From NCBI GenBank assembly GCA_020891255.1, contig BQFW01000010.1, forward strand, positions 1,612,001 to 1,676,000: DNA of 64,000 bases, given 5' to 3'. A program made the translations under genes and the position numbers. The notes under the pieces are model-generated. The model saw only the letters and a program-made list of their open reading frames with translations, did no database searches and was not told the origin of the DNA. Positions 49,126 through 61,822 of this stretch are shown piece after piece. The stretch comes from Entomortierella parvispora E1425. Taxonomy: Eukaryota > Fungi > Mortierellomycota. Within the stretch, counting starts at the first letter, position 1. Every line of letters starts with the position of its first letter.

Positions 49126-50805
49126 TTAGATGCCATTGCGTCTGATCAAAGACAGGAACTCTTCTCTAGTCTTTGCATGGTCGCGGAAGCAGCCAAACAT
49201 GGAGCTTGTAATGGTCTGACTGCCGGGCTTTTGAACGCCGCGCATGACCATACAGAAATGACTACGTGAAACAGGCAATTGGATGGATCAGTCATTTGCT
49301 TGTAAAAGGGGGAAAAAAATATAAAAAACGTTGCAGCAAGTGGCTTCATTACCTGGCCTCCATCACGACAGCAACACCCTGAGGACTCAACAGTTCCTGC
49401 AGAGCCATAGCGACTTGTTTGGTAAGGCGCTCCTGGACTTGGAGGCGACGACTGAACATCTCGGCAAGACGAGCAATCTTACTCAAGCCGACGACCTTGC
49501 CGTTCTGAGGAATATAGCCGATATGAATCTAAATAGGCAATTGAACAAAGCGAAAATTTGTAAGCCCGAACCCTTTCTTTTATGAAATCGAGCTGGTGAC
49601 TCCTCGATGTAGCAATACAGTCCTTTGAAGTGCCAACACTTTACCTTGCCAGTAAATGGAACCATATGATGCTCGCAAAGAGAGAAAACATCAATATTCT
49701 TCACAATCACCATCTCGTCGTGATCTATTTCAAAGGTAACTCTACTTGTTAGATCTCACCTGCCTTCCTCAATAGCAGTTAATCTCCTGATCGATTAAAA
49801 AGTGTGCCCCAGTGCTGCCATACCTTCTTGGAACAAGGCTTTGTTCATGAGATCTGCAAAAAGAAGGGGTGTCAATGAGCCATTGGTCAGTCTGAAGTTT
49901 TACCGGTGATTTGAGTTTCTGCCCTTTTCATTTCTTCCCAAATAACTTACGGGTGACACTCTCCTCGTATCCCTTGGAGAAAAACATGAGTGCCTTGGCA
50001 TAACGTTCAGGGGTCTTGAGGAGACCCTCACGGTTAGGGTCCTCTCCAATGCACTCGAGAATGGTGCGAACGGCTTCAGAAATCTTATCGATCCTTGCAG
50101 CACGGCTCTCCTCAGTGTCTTCGCGGCGTTCACGGGCACCGACGCCTAGAGATATAATCATGGGTTGAGGTTGAGTCAGAATCTGATATCTCTTAAAAAT
50201 GCCAGGTCGCCCGCAAAGGGAAAAAGGAGGCAACTACGCAAAATGAAGCCATGAACGTTACTAGGGAAGCTGAGGCCGTCAAAGTCGATCGGGGAGGCGA
50301 CACGACGCTCGGGAGATTCTGCCTGGAGGTAACTGCGTCCAAGGCTATGAGAATGGCCGGTTAAAGCATGGTTAAGGATAGCCTGTCTTGCCGTGGGCTG
50401 CACCAGCCTAGGTAGATCGATGTCAAGTTAGGTTGCGCTGCTCGCTGAGCCGTGGGAAATCAACCGATATCAACAAAAAGTCCCAAAAGAAAAAAAAACA
50501 AGAGAAAGGGAAAAAAAAGAGGTGCTGATCCAGTTGGATGAACCAGTCATTGCTTCAAGACAAAAAGCAAATGAGGGAAGAAGAAGAAAAAAAAAAAAAA
50601 AAGAAGTAACGGGTCGTGTGGAGAATGGGTTCGGGTCCGAGGTTGGTTCTCGTCCGAAGTGCAGTCGGGGTGTTGGGGTTGGAGGGAAGGCCATGCTGGA
50701 CGAGAGCGGAGAGAAGAAGCGGGGGATGAGCAAAAAGACATGAACATACTGGACTTGATCAGCAGCGACCTTGATGCCGTTGGCGGTGTTGTCGAGGGAG
50801 GACAT
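49126..50805 (-). CDS. FOL2: GTP cyclohydrolase I
   Basis: [60 protein letters not shown] and [11 protein letters not shown] over about 7 exons. The first exon is inferred. Confidence 0.92.
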
Positions 50806-50980
50806 TGGTAGGAGGTGAAACAGAAGGAGGGGGCAAAAGGAATGCGGGTGGGGATGAGGGAGATTGGGCAAGAGAGAAGGAAGGAAGGGAAGGAAGGAAG
50901 GAAAGAGACGATCAGAGAGAGCGAAGGCGCAAGGAGAAAAAGGAGTCAGGTTGACCCTTCGTTTGTTCGTTCGTTCTTCC

Positions 50981-51050
50981 CCACTCTGCACGAACGGACG
51001 GACGGACGAACGAACGAACGAACGAGCGAGGAAGGAACGAACGAACGAAC
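50981..51050 (+). repeat. (ACGA/ACGG)n tetranucleotide tract upstream of GCH1
   Basis: Seen directly in the sequence. Confidence 0.75.
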
Positions 51051-51313
51051 CAACGGGCGAGGAGAGATGTCGACATCTGTTGAATTTATTTAGTCGAGAT
51101 GGATTAGTTTTAATCGGGATCTGAGAGAGGCTCTTCTTTTATTCAACTTGTAATTTATTCGAGGTGATTTGACTTTGTTCAACTTGGAGGTGAGGTGATT
51201 GACAGTGACTCTGTTCAAGTTTTCACACTTCGCGCTGCGCTGCAGGCAAGGTGAGACGAACCAACGCGTCCCACAAGAAAGTGAGACGGAGAGAGGGATG
51301 CACGCACGGCCTT

Positions 51314-51315
<2 letters not shown>

Positions 51316-51357
<42 letters not shown>

Positions 51358-51506
51358 AGAGACGATCCCCTGCAGGGACGCTACTGTGCCCTTCGAATCT
51401 TTGCCTGTCATCTCATCTCTTTCATCACTGCGTGCACAGAGCACAGGCACAGGCACAGGCACAGACGGGCACAATCACATCACTTCCGTCCGGAATGCAT
51501 GCCTCT

Positions 51507-51549
<43 letters not shown>
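51316..51549 (+). repeat. Compound microsatellite: (CT)n, (GCACAG)n, (CT)n
   Basis: Seen directly at ~51316-51352, ~51438-51464 and ~51510-51549. Confidence 0.85.
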
Positions 51550-51553
<4 letters not shown>

Positions 51554-51910
51554 GAGAGCACATGCCTCTTTTTCTTTTTCTTGTCTTCACTCTCTTGCTC
51601 TGTTGCTGTTGCTCTCCTCTTGCTCTCTTACCACTTTCACCGTCATCATCAACAATAACAACAACAGTAGCAGCAACAGCAGCAAGAGCAGTTTCTACTT
51701 CGTCCTCTGTCTGCCTTTGATCCCCCCCCCCCTCGTCCCCCATTCACTTTTCTTTCTTTCCCTCCATTTCTCTCTCTCCCACGTTTCTTTTCGTCCTCCA
51801 TTCCTTTCCCCCCCTTTTTCTCTATTCTTCGTACATTCATTCCTCTTCTTGCCCCCCACTTCCCTTCGCCCATTCCTGTGTGTCATCACCATCTCCACTC
51901 CAACTCTTCA

Positions 51911-54114
51911 ATGACCTCTAAACGTTCTTTTCAACAGCGCGAAGACGAGCCCTGGCTCGCCTATCCAAACTCACAGTCTAGGGGCTATAGCCGTTCGTCG
52001 ACATCTATACCGCATCATGATCTTCACGGTCAAACTGTGGTGTCCCCACCTCTTCCCCCCCATACCGCATCCTCTTGGACCACCCCCGTCAACCACAAGC
52101 GCTCAATCTCAAAACTGGACCCTTTATCTTCCTCCTCCTCCTCCTCCTCCACCACCACCACCACCACTACCACTGCCGCACCCCCCTCTTCCACATTTTC
52201 CTCTACATATAGCCGCGGTGGGTATGAATCTCTTTTCAGCAGATCTTCCATTTCTCCCAGCTTCTTTGGTAGTCGACACCGCTCCCTTCCGCCAAAAACG
52301 CTTTCAGAGGAACTCTCGATGGCCCTTCAGAACCCAGAGAATAGCTATCCATCTCCAGTGGCAACGCCTTCGGCATTGCTCTCTAGTCCAGCAGACCTGT
52401 CATCCTCTGCCTCTCAGTCGCCCACATGCTCACTTTCGCCTTCGACGGCTGCTTCGACACACTTTCCGCTGTTTAAACAACCATCGATTCCATCAAGTCA
52501 GCAGAGCAACAACAATGATTCAGGAGGACAGAGGCTGCGACCTTCCCCCTTGTCCCTTCATCCAAGCAACTCGTCCTCGCTGCAATATCGATCCCCCAAT
52601 GGCGCTGGTGGCAGTCTCGCTAGTCCCTCGTCTCCTTTTCGTTCGGGAAGTCCCACGTCGGCCCTCACCCGTGATTCAACGACGGCTAGCGATGTTGCAG
52701 GATCCCCCCGTGCTGCTTCTCAGGCGGTAGCAGCAAGTCTTGGGAGGGCGTCACCAACAAAGTGGTCAAGGGCCTCTCCAAAGGGGCCACCCCAACATCG
52801 ATTGTCCGCGTCCATGTTTTCTGATTCGGCCATGTCGTCGTTTGAAACAGAGAATTTCTCATTTTCTCCGCGACGGGCCAAGGCAGTATCATGTTCGCCC
52901 CTCTGCCAGTCAGAGGCCCACGGTCAACCTCAGCAACACCATCCTTCCTGTACGTATAGCCATCATCCAATCGCCTCGCCAGAATTGCGCATGTCCATAA
53001 TTCATCATGGACCCAAGCCAGGACGTGCCACCAAGGGCATCCATCGCTTTGGATTCCCACAGTTTAGACCTGAAATAGACGAGACGCACCCTGGATCGGA
53101 TGATCCCATGGCTTTGGCAGTAGCGACGGCGAAGACAAGGACAACATCGACATCAACTGGTTATGGAATGCCTCGTGGACGTCGGCATGAAGACGATATT
53201 GACATGGACGATGATGAAGACCTCGGGGGTTTGGGTAGAACATATGCATCAGAACCACCCAAGAAACGAATGAGGTCGACAGCTTCTATGCTCTTGGACG
53301 CAGCAGTGGAGACGGTGATTTTTACAGGAGCAGTAGCACTATCGGCGTATCAACTTCTTACAGGAAAAGGAAAACTTGGGACTGGCAATAGCAACAGCAG
53401 CAATCCTACAAGCGGCAGCAACAGTGCTCATCACTCAAAACAGGCGTCCTCTGCATCGTCGTTAGATGCCGATACCCAATCTCGAGATGACATGTCCAAG
53501 GCTCTGGACGAGGATCCCATGGAGGAGAAATTGGCCTTGGTAAGTGATGCGCAACAGGTGCTGCTTGACGTCGGCGTTTTTTGACATTGTTGGGGAAGAC
53601 GTGGTCAGATGAAATCCAACAGGGGAATCAAAGGACCTGCCGAGCCTGCAGACAGAGGCCGTCATTTTTTTGACAGGATGAAAAGCGCGTAGTGGGATCA
53701 TGACTACGAAACAAATGCAGGCACTCCGACTTGCTACTGATAGACACCCACTGTGTCCCTTTTTATTCTTTTCTTTAGAAAATGGACGTATCCAGCAATA
53801 GCACCCCGCGTTCCCTTCGAACCTATGGTTCCTCTGGAACTCTGGGGCGATCAGGAAGAAATGGGGCTCCGGTTTACCACAGGGCCAAAACCCCAAGGTC
53901 ATACCGATCCAGACCATCGTTTTCGTCTTCGGGAGGGTTCCACCAATCAAATCATTCTGGACATGCCCGCAGCCCGTCTATGCCCGTGCGGCCTAATACA
54001 GGAACAGAGGACAGCGATGAGGCGTTTTTGAGAATGGAGGCCCAGTTGAACAGCTTGATCGCCGAAGGAAAACGGGCGCTCAGTAGCCGGATCGAAGTCT
54101 GGGACGAGGAATAG
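51911..54114 (+). CDS. Uncharacterised Ser/Pro-rich protein with a hydrophobic helix and a C-terminal LIAEGKRAL motif
   Basis: Long ORF from ATG 51911; SMLLDAAVETVIFTGAVALSAYQLL; GTAAGT donor at ~53540; last exon 53779-54114 ends with MEAQLNSLIAEGKRALSSRIEV. Confidence 0.7.
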
Positions 54115-54288
54115 ATGATTCTTTTTTCTCCTTTTTAAAAAAAAGAACAAGAAGGCGTCAAAATCCTGCATTTACTCCAGAGAATGAAAAACAAACAAAA
54201 AAGAAAAAAAAAAAGTGAAGGAGCGGGAAGGGACTATCATCAATCATGAGAGGCATTTTACCATCGTCAGTGCTACATTGGGGATGGG

Positions 54289-54564
54289 TTATAGTTCCAA
54301 TGGTGCATTCTTGAGAGGGGCGGTCTTGCTTGCTTGGCGCGCTTTGGATTCCTGCACGTAGTTGTACACGCGTAGGATTCTGTACCCAAGGAGAAAAAGA
54401 GCCACAATCACAAGCACAGGCAGTTTTCCACGCCAGAGAGGTTTTCTCGCCCCTGCTCCCACAACTGATCCTTGGGCTCTAAAGACGCGCTGGTTGGGTG
54501 TGGGCTGAGGTAGTGCGCCCCTTTGAACTCCTGAACGGGCGAGTCGTCGCGGTTGCTGAAGCAT
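54289..54564 (-). CDS. Possible small single-TM protein (~91 aa); start uncertain
   Basis: LPVLVIVALFLLGYRILRVY hydrophobic segment, preceded by an intron-like pyrimidine tract. Confidence 0.4.
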   Translation of the reverse strand: MLQQPRRLARSGVQRGALPQPTPNQRVFRAQGSVVGAGARKPLWRGKLPVLVIVALFLLGYRILRVYNYVQESKARQASKTAPLKNAPLEL

Positions 54565-55439
54565 GTGGACAGTGATGAGGAAGGGATGAGTGAAAAAAAT
54601 GAAACATGCATGCCTCCGATCCGAAGAATTGCTTCGTTCGTCACGTGCACTGGCGCGTCCTTCGTTCTTACAGGAAACATGAGAACATATGACCGTATGA
54701 CTTTTTGCCATCCCAGATCGAGACACTGAACGCGTTCCTAGAATGCACATATCATTACACTTCTGCAATGTACTGAGCATCAGAGTATGTTGGTATAGGC
54801 GATCTTGTACTGTACCAACATTACATGTGTCTATTAAAATAAGTGAAAGGGATTGTGTTCGCTCAAGGTAAACGAACCAGATGACTTTTTTGAGAAGTCT
54901 GTAAATCAATCCTTGCGTCGAGAGTGGTGCTAACTGTGTTGTCTCGAGTTGTGTCCAACACTTGATCGTCGGCAACGCTGAAGATTGCAGAGGGCCGTCC
55001 TACTTATTATCATGCGGAAGATGACAGCGTAGCACATCCACCGTGCTTCATCTCTTCGACCTACTGGTTTACAGCGCGAGTTGGTGGTGGTGGTTGCACC
55101 GGCAATCCACAAAGTACCCCAGAAAATAAACGAGGTGTTTCAGTATTTGCATGGAAAATTTCCACGACGTAAATAGGCGCCAAATGTGCTGGGAGTCAAA
55201 ATCGACACATGCATGTCACGAAGGAGATGCAATGCATGCCAGTGGGTCTCCTTTTCGTTGCTTCTCAGTGTCTCTCGCTCTCTTTTCTTGCTTCTGTCGT
55301 CGCTTCCTCTCACCCTAGCAGCGCATTTCCTCTTCCCTCGAGCGCATCCTTACTTTCCACCACCGCGACCACCACATCAACAGTTCAAGAGATTGCTTCC
55401 AGGAACACGCAGACATAGTACACCGTCGTTTCTCGCGCC

Positions 55440-57201
55440 ATGAAGCTTTCATTATCCCTCTCGGCCTTGGTCTCGACCTTGGCTTTCACAGCGTCGACCG
55501 TCGCAGCCGCAGGACAGTCCTCTACAGTCTACTTCTTCTCCCATGGACGCACCTCTGCAGAGAATGTCGTCCCCAAGGACTCTGCCCGCAACGTGCCCGC
55601 CCTGACCCTCAAAGAGACACGCGCTACACTGTCCCATCTCTTGAACCTGGGTCAGCCCGTGGCCCACAACAAACACGATCAGAACCAGGAGGAAGTATTC
55701 TTGGACCCCATTAGCTCTGTCCAGCAGGTCTTCGCAAAGCCTGGTGTCGGCCGGAAGGATCTGTTCGAGACCTTGGGCGGCAACTTGATGATGGTCATTG
55801 AGGGCGTGCAGAATGTCAATGGTAATGTGCACCTGTGACGAGAAACTCTCTGTGTCGTCTTGATAATTGGGATATAACTGTGTTTGAAAGGGATGCAAGC
55901 CCAGATGTTCTGACCAGTGTCTACCGTCGGCATTGTCCCGTTGTTCCTTATAGACGTGATGCCCGAGTTCGAGCCAGTATTCGCAGTTGATGCAAGCAGT
56001 GAGGGCGTTCAGGACCTTGTCAGCGATCTGGCGAGCAATGTCCCCTTCGAGGATCGTTATCTCTTCGACACTGTAAGGACTAGGGCGATCATGCAACGTT
56101 TGGAATCCAATGAGAGAGGACGACCTTGTGTTTGGATCCAATGCCCCATGGATCCGATGACAGGCTGAAGAAGATGGAATGCAGAAGCTGATCAGTGTGT
56201 ATTTTCTTGTCTATAGCACCGCTCTTCAAAGTCAGGAGACGCTTTGGTGAACGAACATCTCGTTGCTGACCACCATGCCAATGTCGACGTCACAGTGTTT
56301 GATCTCAGCAAGAAGGTAAAAGGAGGCTTGAATCCCGTCAAGACTGGAAAACCCTATGCCAATACTCATCCAGCCATTGACACTTTCTTTGTGGCATGTT
56401 AGGCCGATGCTTTGTTCTTGGAGGAATCCGTGGCATTGGGCAACTACATCGAGTCTTATGTGAAGAAGCACAGCAAGCATGGCGAGGAGACCGACTTTAT
56501 TCGCATCACTCTCAAGGGTCTCGCTGCCCTTTTGGCCGAGCATGGTGCCGACTCTGTTCAATACAAGACTGCTGCCAAGATTGTCAAGGAATTTTTGCAA
56601 TTGGTAAGGAACTGGACAGGGCTCGATCTTGGATTGAAATTAGGGGGAAAGTTCATTGAAAAGTCGAGGAACAACCAACACACCATCTTGTGCTAACGCT
56701 GTTTTGACATTTGCATATTGTCATGGGTACTAGACTTTTATCCCCGAATATGAGCAGATCCACAAGGCTTACACAGTGACCATCTTCTTGAACGAGCCTG
56801 CCACCAGCCAAGGATCTGAGCTCTTCTCATCCAAGGAGTACAAGGGTCAGACCCGCAACAACATGAAGCGAGCCTTGCCCTTGTCGGCCAGCACGACTTG
56901 CTTTGAGACCGAGGTGGATTGCCAGACCACCACAAGCGGATGCAATCAGCATGGACAGTGCATCTTCAGTGTAGCAGCCAACTGCTACCACTGCCAGTGC
57001 TCAAAGATCAACAACACCCAGTACGGAGGCAAGACTTGCGACAAGATTGACGTGTCGATCCAGTTCCACCTGTTCTTCTGGCTTGTGCTTGGTCTCGTCC
57101 TGGCCGTTGTCCTGGCCGTCGGATTGATCCTCCAAATGGGCAACCAGTCCCAGGGAGGCGTGCCCGTTGGACCCACGAGGGCTCAGTTGAAGAGAGACTA
57201 A
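55440..57201 (+). CDS. DUF3844 (Vps3844-like) type I membrane protein
   Basis: Signal peptide MKLSLSLSALVSTLAFTAS; C-terminal Cys-rich CFETEVDCQTTTSGCNQHGQC..CYHCQC..YGGKTCDKIDVS followed by a TM; several introns. Confidence 0.75.
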
Positions 57202-57431
57202 AAAAAAAAGTACTTGACTCTGTTTGGAATCAAAGAGATGACGGTAAAAGAGAGAGTAGCAAGGGGAATTGTTGATATCATTATGAAAACCGTTGCATCA
57301 AAGCTGAACAAAATAAAAATAAGCGAACAGTATGTAGCCCAAACTTTTGGATGATGCAGTATCACCCAGCAGAGAGTATTATCTATGCCAAAAATCTGGA
57401 GGGTACGTTTTATTTTCATGTATTCCCGCCT

Positions 57432-59678
57432 CTAGGCTGGTGGAGGCGGAGGAACATATCCTGCAGATGTCGAGGGAGTCTCGGTAATTAGCTGGGGAGC
57501 TCTTGCTCCGGGTGAGGGGAAAGAATTTTGAGGCTGTGACCAGGGTGGGGTTGCAGCTGCTGCATGGGGCTGTTCTTGGAAGGGGTCCTTTTGTTGTTGT
57601 GGAGGAGAGCTTCGGTAGGTGGTAGCTACTGCGACGGCGGCCACCGCCGTAGTGGCCGTCATAAATGGATTCGTCCCAAGAGACGATGGTGCGTTGCTAC
57701 CGCCGATCGTTGGTGGAGGGTGGTAGTAGTTCTCTTCATCAGGCGATGAGAAGGGATTTTGACCAGGGTTGCCATAGTTGCTACTGCTGCTGCTCGTTCC
57801 TGGGAATGCAGGCGATTCGGCTCCTGGGAAGTATGGGCTCGCACCACTGCTACCGTGGTACGGTGATGCAGGGTAGGAACCGGTATGGTATGCAGCAGAG
57901 GGAGATTGGATAACAGGGGTAGCAGTCATTCCTCCATAATAGTTCATAGGCGATCCGGGTATAGCAGCAGGGGTCCCATCTTGGAGATGGTACCCGGCGG
58001 TGGCGGGACTTGCATTGAGGTCAATGTTGCTCAGTGGATACTGGTTCTGAACGTAGTTTCCGTACTGATCTGTGGTATGTTGGTACTCTATACTAGGGCT
58101 CGCGAGAACCTTGATGTTGGCATCGTCATACTCGTGTCCACCGATTGCAGCAGCCGCAGCAGCATCCGAGTGGAACGCCTCCATCTCCATCTGTCTTCTC
58201 TTCTTGCGCTTGTACATGAAGAAGCCAAGACCTCCTGCAATTGCCAAAGCGGCCACGACTCCGCCTATAAGAGCGCCCGAGCCGGATTTTTCCATCTTTT
58301 CCGTGGCATTATAGTTGTTGACCCACTTGCCGTGGTTCAAGTTGTAGACGATGGGTATGTTGTTGAGCACGGTCGTTCTGGAGGCTCCACTGGACCCTCC
58401 CCAGGCCACAAATTGATATGAATGGAATGCACATGCCATTCGGGTCCTGGCTACAGATGCAGATTGCCCCTGTTTCCATTTCCCAGTGCTGACGTCTAGG
58501 ACATAGAGGGTGTCGAAATAAGTGTTGCCGTCGACCGTACCTCCAAAGAGAACAATCTTTGATCCATCGTCGGCTAAAAAAAACCCATCAATTGAAACAA
58601 GGTACCATTCCGATCAGTTTTCATGTTACAGAAGGAAAGGAAAAAAGGGAGAGACTCATTGCCCAGGGTTTCTAGATGATATTGGGAGTCGCTCACTTAC
58701 ATGATGCCATACAGTGGTCCAGACGCGCAGGCGGCACATCCCCTGAGGTACTCTATTTGCGAGACGATCAATTACAACTGTTAGGGGTGATGTGTCCTCC
58801 GTTTTTTTTTCTTCTTTTTCTTGTCTCTTGCCCTGCTGGCCAAGGGCTCATCTTTGGAGTTGTTACAGCCTCAATCCTCTACTTTTTTTGTGCTCTCAAA
58901 GGTCCACCGCTATTTTAGCGCCATCTTCCATTGCTGTTACCATTGTTTTCCATTGTTTGGACTGAATGTCATATTCATTTAAATCACTCGATCCGAGGCC
59001 GTTCGTGCCCGCAGGTGGCGCCCTCGATCCTCCAAAAGTCAGAATGGAATTCCGAGAGCTGCAATAGACAGCTCCTACATCCGTCAGACTCGTGGCCGCC
59101 GTGGCCGCGTTCTGTGAGACCATGCTCTTGGCCTTGGGGTCATACACAGACAGTTGGTTAAAGGTATTGCTGCCATAGCCTCCAATGATATAAATCAATC
59201 CAGTGTTGGGATCTGTGACCATGGCATGACCTTCCAGATAGTTGTAAGGGGACTTGACCGAGGTCAGGTTCGTCCACTGGGCCGCATTCACGTCATACGA
59301 GCTGAAGAACGCTGGCAGCTGAGGGTTGCCCATGCCTCCCACAGCCAAGATCGAACCCTTGGCACCTCCGTTCGAAGCTGCACTGATCGACGCCAACGCC
59401 AAATGGGACGTGGATTGTCCATCCTTGAGTACACTCCAGGCCGGTGAGTCTGACGTCCAGGAGGTGGATAGATCCAAGGAAATAAACTGATTCGAAGTGC
59501 TAACATCGAACCCCCCTTGGATATAGAGTGCATCGTTCAAAACTGTAAAGCCCGTACGGCGTACACCCACCACGGCTTGTGCATCCACAACATTCTCCGA
59601 GGAAGAAAATGTGAGGGCGAAGACACCCAGGGCTAGCAAGGAGGATGCGAGCCTGGTTCTTTTTGATTGTGATCTCAT
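57432..59678 (-). CDS. Kelch/galactose-oxidase-like beta-propeller single-pass membrane protein
   Basis: Signal peptide; kelch repeats (LYIQGG, ILAVGG, IYIIGGYG, ILTFGG, IVLFGG, FVAWGG); TM ALIGGVVAALAIAGGLGFFMY followed by KRKKRR; Pro/Ser-rich tail. Confidence 0.8.
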
Positions 59679-61381
59679 TGCTTTGGTAGTAGTGGTAATT
59701 GCTGTTCCTGTTGTTGAGGTGGTGGATGGGCGTGATAGTTTCCGGCTCTTGTTGTTTGTAAACTGTGTTGCGCTCGTTGTGTAATGCATTTTTTGAATTT
59801 TCCAGTCGCGTCTTAAGGTCCGTGTGCACTGTTTTTTTTTGTTTAGTACACAGGTCACCCAGAGGGTTGGGAAGTTTGAGAAGAAGAGAAGAATGAAGGA
59901 ATTGTTCGATCAATCGAGGAAGGGGGCGGAGAGAAAAAAGGTGGAAGAGGATGGAAGGAGGGGAAAGAGGCAGACAATAGACAGAAAAGAAGAAAAGGAA
60001 TAGAAAAGAGGGAGACGATCGAGAGAGCCGTATCAGAGGCAATTGAATAGTGCGATTGACCTTGGATCGTGACAATCCTCGGTAAAATGTATTATACAGA
60101 CGAGGTTGTATAAAAAAAATTGAGCCGTTGGGGGTATTCGACCGTTAGGTTACAGCGGCAGTGCAGAATTATTTGAAGATGAGCAGTGGATCAGAACAGG
60201 GATGGAGGAATGGACGCCGCGAATGCAATGGGCAGATGAGAAGAAAAAAAGAAAGAGGAGAGCGAGGGCGAATGGAGGAAGAAGAAGAGACCAAGAGAGT
60301 TGCGCCGAACAAAAGGCGCTTGTTTTTCAACCCTCGCCTTTGAAATTAAAAAAAAGCAGGTTGGATCTGCAGAAAAGAAGAGTGACAGTTCACCTTTGTC
60401 CATAGACCAGGAGGGTAGACGTTTATTTTTACCCTCTGTGCAGACGAGCAGGTCAGTTTGAGGGGAATAGAAGGAGCATCCACTGCAGCAGGTCGAGAGC
60501 AATTGCTCTCCTTTCATAATCCTTGGCCAAGGTCTTCCTGTTTTCAGCCCAGTGGCTCATTGCTCCTCTCTCTCTTGTAACACAGAGGACGTTCCTTCAT
60601 TCATGTGTTGACAGCGTGTTTGCCATCCTCGATTGTGTTTGTTTTCTTGATGGATTGTCGAGCTCGTCTTCACCAATTTTTTTTACCTTCAGACGATTAT
60701 GATTGGTGATGTGCTTGTGAGCAATCCAGGGCAATTACATATTTTTCTCACAAAGAAGACCCGCAGATGCAGAACTCAACCTTCAACAAAACCCTGTCTC
60801 ATCAGTTCTTTGGCCTCCCGCCGCCCGCCTCCTAAACTCCAGTTTTGTTTTGCTTTCGCTCTTGCAATCACGACACGATGCCGATTGAGTTTTGATCCCT
60901 TGAGACAAAAGGGAACCGCGTTTTTGTCGAGCAATCATGAATCTATTGTAGAAAGTTTAAGTGGGGGTGCAGCGATGGGGGAGGTTCAAGTGGAAGCTCT
61001 CTATCTTCAAGCGCGACGAACTGTATTAAATAATGTTGGCGGCCCAGAGAAGCACGGATCAATTGAAAAACGTTTAGCGCCGCCACACTCTCGCCCGCGA
61101 TCGGTGAACAGTGGCTTGAGCACGCCAAAGGGTGTTGTTGCTGAAGAGCCATTCCTCGGCCATCGAGCTACCTAGCGCCTTTACCCGCAGCAACATTCCT
61201 CAGCCTACAAAAGCAGGCGATGTCGTTGCTCAAATCTGCAGCAGTCTTTTATGGAAGGAAGCTGCAGGAGGAGCACTAGGACGCGCCCGCCTCTATGGCC
61301 GCCGCCGCCGCGTCGAACGCCGTTGATTCTGCAGCCAGTCAGGATGCGCCGTGTCGGTGAAGCAGATTAGCAGCAGAAGAC

Positions 61382-61418
<37 letters not shown>

Positions 61419-61480
61419 AAATCTTGGTCACATGACGCATCCTATCATGGCCCCTGTCCCATTCCCCACCCCACCCCTGA

Positions 61481-61533
61481 CTGCCTCCCTGCCTCCCTGC
61501 CTCCCTGCCTCCCTGCCTCCCTGCCTCCCTGCC
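61481..61533 (+). repeat. 8-bp tandem repeat (CTGCCTCC)x~6.5 upstream of the ZIP gene
   Basis: Seen directly in the sequence. Confidence 0.9.
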
Positions 61534-61822
61534 TTACTTTTACTTACCCTGTGCACTCAGCAGCTCCCGCTTGCCAACGTGTTCGCGTCTGCGCGTGTGT
61601 CCTTTTGCTCTTCTCTTCGCATCCCTCCTTCTCCCCTTTACTCTCTCATCCTCTCTTTCCTCATCCCTCCCTCCTTCCCTTCCTCTTCTCCATAGGTATG
61701 CACTCGCATCTGTCTCTCCGTTTAATGTCGAGCTGCATCTGGAGGGAGATGACCGGGAACCTTGGCAGGGAATCAGACCAGGAAACTAATCAGTCCCTAC
61801 CAACATTTCTCATCGTAGTTCA

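Noticed and set aside
13140-50805. Possible biosynthetic gene cluster (methyltransferase, ALAS, GCH1)
   Set aside because: Primary-metabolism genes separated by unrelated housekeeping genes; no NRPS, PKS or terpene core.
51199-51914. Several 80-200 aa ORFs (SLSLSL, RERERE)
   Set aside because: Translations of (CT)n and (GCACAG)n microsatellites.
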